A stretch of 64,000 nt of DNA from Nitrososphaeria archaeon. GTDB taxonomy: Archaea > Thermoproteota > Nitrososphaeria > JACIWG01. The translations under genes were made by a program, and so were the position numbers. The notes under the pieces are model-generated. The model saw only the letters and a program-made list of their open reading frames with translations. It was not told the origin of the DNA and did no database searches. The DNA is taken from the NCBI GenBank assembly GCA_050011875.1, contig JBEKIG010000002.1, forward strand, positions 132,385 through 196,384. The letters run 5' to 3'. Below, one piece after another: positions 60,652 through 64,000 of the stretch (its first letter is position 1; the number at the start of each line of letters is the position of its first letter).

Positions 60652-61557
60652 TTATAACGTCAACATTTTATCCACCGCCTTTTTGGCCTTAAGGCGGATG
60701 TCTTGAGGAACCCTAATCTCGTATTTCATCTCCTCCAGCGACCAAAGGATTTTTTCTAAGGTCGTAAGTTTCATGTTAGGGCAAACCGCATTCTCTGAAG
60801 CGGGGTAAAAGGACTTATCGGGATTTTCCTTACGCAATCTATATAGTATGCCGACCTCCGTGCCAACGATTATTTCACTCGCTTTCGATTCCTTAGCGTA
60901 CCTGCACATTCCCCCGGTTGACAGCACCCTGTCGGCTAAAGCGATCACCCCAGGCGAACATTCCGGGTGGACGTATACTTCGGCTTCCGGGTGAAGCTTC
61001 TTCTGCCTTTCGATATGTTCTGGAAGGATCTTGGCGTGCGTCGGACAATAACCGTACCATGGAATGATCTTCTTATCGGTCTTCGTGGAAACATATTGTG
61101 CTAAATATTTATCTGGGACAAATATGACCTCGGACCCGTCGACTGACTGCACAACCTTAACTGCGTTGGATGAAGTGCAGCATACGTCGCTTTCTGCCTT
61201 GACCTCTGCCGTTGTGTTAACGTAGCATACTACAGGCGCTTTAGGATATTTCTTTTTAAGCGTGCGTAGGCTTTCAGCCGAGATCATGTTAGCCATAGGG
61301 CATCCCGCATTGTTGTCAGGCATCAACACCGTTTTATTGGGAGAAAGTATAGAAGCGGTTTCGGCCATAAAATGTACTCCACAGAAAACTATAACATCTT
61401 CATCGCTTTTAGCTGCTTCCTGACTAAGCCCTAAAGAATCCCCTACATAGTTAGCTATATCTTGCACTTCATCTCGTTGATAGTTGTGGGCCACTATAAC
61501 CGCATTTCTCTGCCTCTGAAGCTCCCTTATCCTATCTTGTAAATTACGCCCTTCCAA
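60652..61557 (-). CDS. nadA: Quinolinate synthase
   Basis: AHNYQ, GDSL, FCGVHFMAE, GCPMA, YVNT, CPTH, HPEC, CPNM. Confidence 0.96.
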   Translation of the reverse strand: MEGRNLQDRIRELQRQRNAVIVAHNYQRDEVQDIANYVGDSLGLSQEAAKSDEDVIVFCGVHFMAETASILSPNKTVLMPDNNAGCPMANMISAESLRTLKKKYPKAPVVCYVNTTAEVKAESDVCCTSSNAVKVVQSVDGSEVIFVPDKYLAQYVSTKTDKKIIPWYGYCPTHAKILPEHIERQKKLHPEAEVYVHPECSPGVIALADRVLSTGGMCRYAKESKASEIIVGTEVGILYRLRKENPDKSFYPASENAVCPNMKLTTLEKILWSLEEMKYEIRVPQDIRLKAKKAVDKMLTL

Positions 61558-61698
61558 TTTTCCACTGTAATTGCTTGTTATAAGTTGCCTATTAAAAAGT
61601 TAATATTATTACTCAAAGTTTAGGCAAATGGACAATATCATAAAAAGTATGATGAAGAAAAAAAATTTAAGTATGATGAAGATTCAACTAAGGCGTAG

Positions 61699-62094
61699 GT
61701 GTTGTACATGGTATCAGAAAAAGTGATGCGTTTTAAAGACAAAAATAAAGACCTAAATCAGCTATCTCAGCAGATTGAACAGCAACTAAAAACAGAAGGA
61801 TATAAGACGCAGTCAACAAGTGCCCCACTTGGTTTGGTAATTCAGGCCCAAAAAGCGGGAATCCTGAGGGATATAATAAGCGCAGACAGAGCGTTCACCA
61901 TACTCATAACTGGGCAGCCGAACGACTTCGCAGTACATGTTGGAATTGGGAAATGGATCCAGAACATCGCTGTAGCAGCGGTTGAGACAATACTTCTAAC
62001 TTGGCTGTTTCTAGCTGTAGACGTTCCAGAAATGCTGTGGACACGTCATGTTGAAGGTACAATAGTAAAGGAGATAACTCAAATAATAGGCTGA
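61699..62094 (+). CDS. Hypothetical protein with one C-terminal hydrophobic segment
   Basis: 131-aa ORF with protein-like composition; no motif recognised. Confidence 0.65.
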   Translation: MLYMVSEKVMRFKDKNKDLNQLSQQIEQQLKTEGYKTQSTSAPLGLVIQAQKAGILRDIISADRAFTILITGQPNDFAVHVGIGKWIQNIAVAAVETILLTWLFLAVDVPEMLWTRHVEGTIVKEITQIIG

Positions 62095-62229
62095 TCTAGG
62101 CCTTCACCTTTTTTTCACGGAGAGCTGTATGTAGTCAGACAACGAACTATCTCTTAGCGGTTGGGCAATAATAAAGACAAGGTATAAATTTAATCAACGC
62201 TATTTTCTTGTTGAAAGCAAAGTAATAGT

Positions 62230-62505
62230 TTGGTTCTTTATGCTTTCGGCCAGGGTAATACATTAAATGGATACAAAGGGCAAAAATGGACCTTAGAAAC
62301 ATTGACAGATAATATATGTAAGCAAGCTGCGCGAACTTTTTTTGATAGCGGAATTAAAAATTATACCGAACTTGCAGACATAATATCAAGAATAAAGGGT
62401 ATAACAGATGAAGGGATTGATAGAACAGTAGATAGTTCAATATCAACTATTATGGAATTCAAATCGATTTTTGACAAAACACTTATACCGACTTTTTCCT
62501 GTTGA
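62230..62505 (+). CDS. Hypothetical protein, possibly a gene fragment
   Basis: 91-aa ORF with TTG start; no motif recognised. Confidence 0.3.
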   Translation: MVLYAFGQGNTLNGYKGQKWTLETLTDNICKQAARTFFDSGIKNYTELADIISRIKGITDEGIDRTVDSSISTIMEFKSIFDKTLIPTFSC

Positions 62506-62608
62506 CTCAAGTTAAATGCATAATTCTGTTCTTCCGAACTTTATGGAACGGAATAATAAAGATTTATAAACTCTAAAAAAGCAGGCAGTATATTTTAGGT
62601 GTTTTGTA

Positions 62609-64000
62609 ATGTCAACAACAGCAATGTCGGGTGTGACTTCCTCAGGTCAACCCGTTTTGATCTTAAAGGAGGGCGCGTCCAAAACAAAGGGGAGGGACGC
62701 GCAAAAAAACAATATAATGGCCGCGAAGATAGTGGCTGAGCTAGTTAAGTCATCCCTAGGCCCACGTGGAATGGATAAAATGCTAGTGGGTGGCTTGGGC
62801 GATGTTACTATAACAAATGATGGAGCAACCATCCTCAAAAATCTCGACGTACAGCATCCTGCTGCGAAGGCGATGGTCGAGATTTCTAAGGCAACTGACA
62901 ACGAAGTAGGTGACGGAACAACTTCCGCAGTAGTTTTAGCTGGCGCGCTTCTTGAGAGAGCTGAAGAGCTGATGGATAAGGATGTTCACCCTATGGTCAT
63001 CGTTGACGGGTATATGAAGGCATTAGAAAAGGCTAGAGCCATCCTTAAGACGGTGGCTATTAAGGTGGGTCCAAGGGATAGGGATTGGCTTGTTAAGGTA
63101 GCTAAAACAAGCATGGATACGAAGATGGTTTCCTCAGAGGGGGAGTTTATGGCTTCGCTTGTCGTCGATGGTTTGCTTTCAGTTGCCGAAGATTACGATG
63201 GCAAGATCAGGGTGGACATAGATAATGTGAAGGTTGAGAAGAAGGCAGGAGGCTCTACAAGGGACAGTCAACTGATTAATGGGGTAGCCTTGGATAAGGA
63301 GGTTGTTCACAGCGGCATGCCTAAAAGTGTATCTGAAGCTAAGATCGCGTTACTTAATTTGCCGTTGGAAATAGAGAAGACAAAATACGATGCTAAGATT
63401 AATATTAATAATCCTGAGCAGATTAAGATGTTCCTTGACGAGGAAAACGAAATGCTCAAGGGTATGGTTGACAAAGTTGTTAAGTCAGGCGCAAACGTTC
63501 TAATCTGTCAGAAGGGCTTAGACGATATTGCTATGCATTATCTGGCTAAGGCGGGAATACTCTCTGTCAGAAGGGCAAGTGAGACTGAGATGAGAATGCT
63601 TGCAAGAGCCACCGACGGTAAAGTTATCCAAACCATAGAAGATTTGAACCCTGACCACCTTGGCTATGCGAAGCATGTCGAAGAGAGGAAGATCGAGTCG
63701 TCAAAATGGCTCTTTATTGAAGGATGCAAGAATCCCAAATCTGTGACGTTGTTCATCAGGGGGGGAACACAGAGGGTGGTGGAAGAATCTGAAAGGTCTA
63801 TACACGACGCGCTGAGTGTTGTTAAAGATGTTATGATGGAGCCTTCAATCGTTTTAGGTGCTGGCGCTCCTGAAGCTGAGGTCGCTTCAAAACTGTTTGA
63901 ATTTGCTCAAACTCTCTCAGGAAGGGTGCAGCTTGCAGTTCAAAAGTTTGCAGAGGCCATGGAAGTCATACCTTTGACTCTGGCTGAAAACGCTGGAATG
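62609..64000 (+). CDS. Thermosome (group II chaperonin) subunit, 3'-truncated by the window edge
   Basis: Absent from the ORF track; reads MSTTAMSGVTSSGQPVLILKEG...SLGPRGMDKML...TNDGATIL...EVGDGTTS. Confidence 0.96.
   Translation, partial: MSTTAMSGVTSSGQPVLILKEGASKTKGRDAQKNNIMAAKIVAELVKSSLGPRGMDKMLVGGLGDVTITNDGATILKNLDVQHPAAKAMVEISKATDNEVGDGTTSAVVLAGALLERAEELMDKDVHPMVIVDGYMKALEKARAILKTVAIKVGPRDRDWLVKVAKTSMDTKMVSSEGEFMASLVVDGLLSVAEDYDGKIRVDIDNVKVEKKAGGSTRDSQLINGVALDKEVVHSGMPKSVSEAKIALLNLPLEIEKTKYDAKININNPEQIKMFLDEENEMLKGMVDKVVKSGANVLICQKGLDDIAMHYLAKAGILSVRRASETEMRMLARATDGKVIQTIEDLNPDHLGYAKHVEERKIESSKWLFIEGCKNPKSVTLFIRGGTQRVVEESERSIHDALSVVKDVMMEPSIVLGAGAPEAEVASKLFEFAQTLSGRVQLAVQKFAEAMEVIPLTLAENAGM

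Noticed and set aside
61645-61700. C/D-box guide sRNA (two ATGATGA C-box-like motifs)
   Set aside because: No CTGA D or D' boxes at suitable positions

Overview
Archaeal chromosomal window, probably a TACK-group archaeon such as Bathyarchaeia (inferred from the group II chaperonin, archaeal-type TyrRS, BRE/TATA promoters and expanded FGGY/ThDP/UroD-like families). It holds a full branched-chain amino-acid cluster (ilvE, cimA, ilvD, ilvB-ilvN-ilvC-leuC-leuD-leuB-leuA, 11.9-24.5 kb) and a sugar/hydroxy-acid catabolic region (26.8-42 kb). It also has an ABC importer-CocE hydrolase module, housekeeping genes (folC, tyrS, nadA, ferredoxin, thermosome) and debris of mobile elements and lost genes. 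The most striking unexplained signals are: (1) a 23-codon Ile/Leu/Val-rich leader ORF in a foldable 5' leader ahead of the ilvB-leuA operon, a candidate archaeal ribosome-mediated attenuator; (2) a helically phased array of 18 TTAAAG motifs (mean period about 10.4 bp) abutting the ilvE promoter; (3) a divergent glycerate-kinase/enolase pair whose enolase keeps the metal ligands and base but lacks the dehydration residues; (4) an HTH-coiled-coil-Zn-ribbon gene interrupted by a single in-frame TAG, preceded by a TGTTCA array and a tRNA-Arg 3' half. All calls come from reading the sequence; no searches were run.
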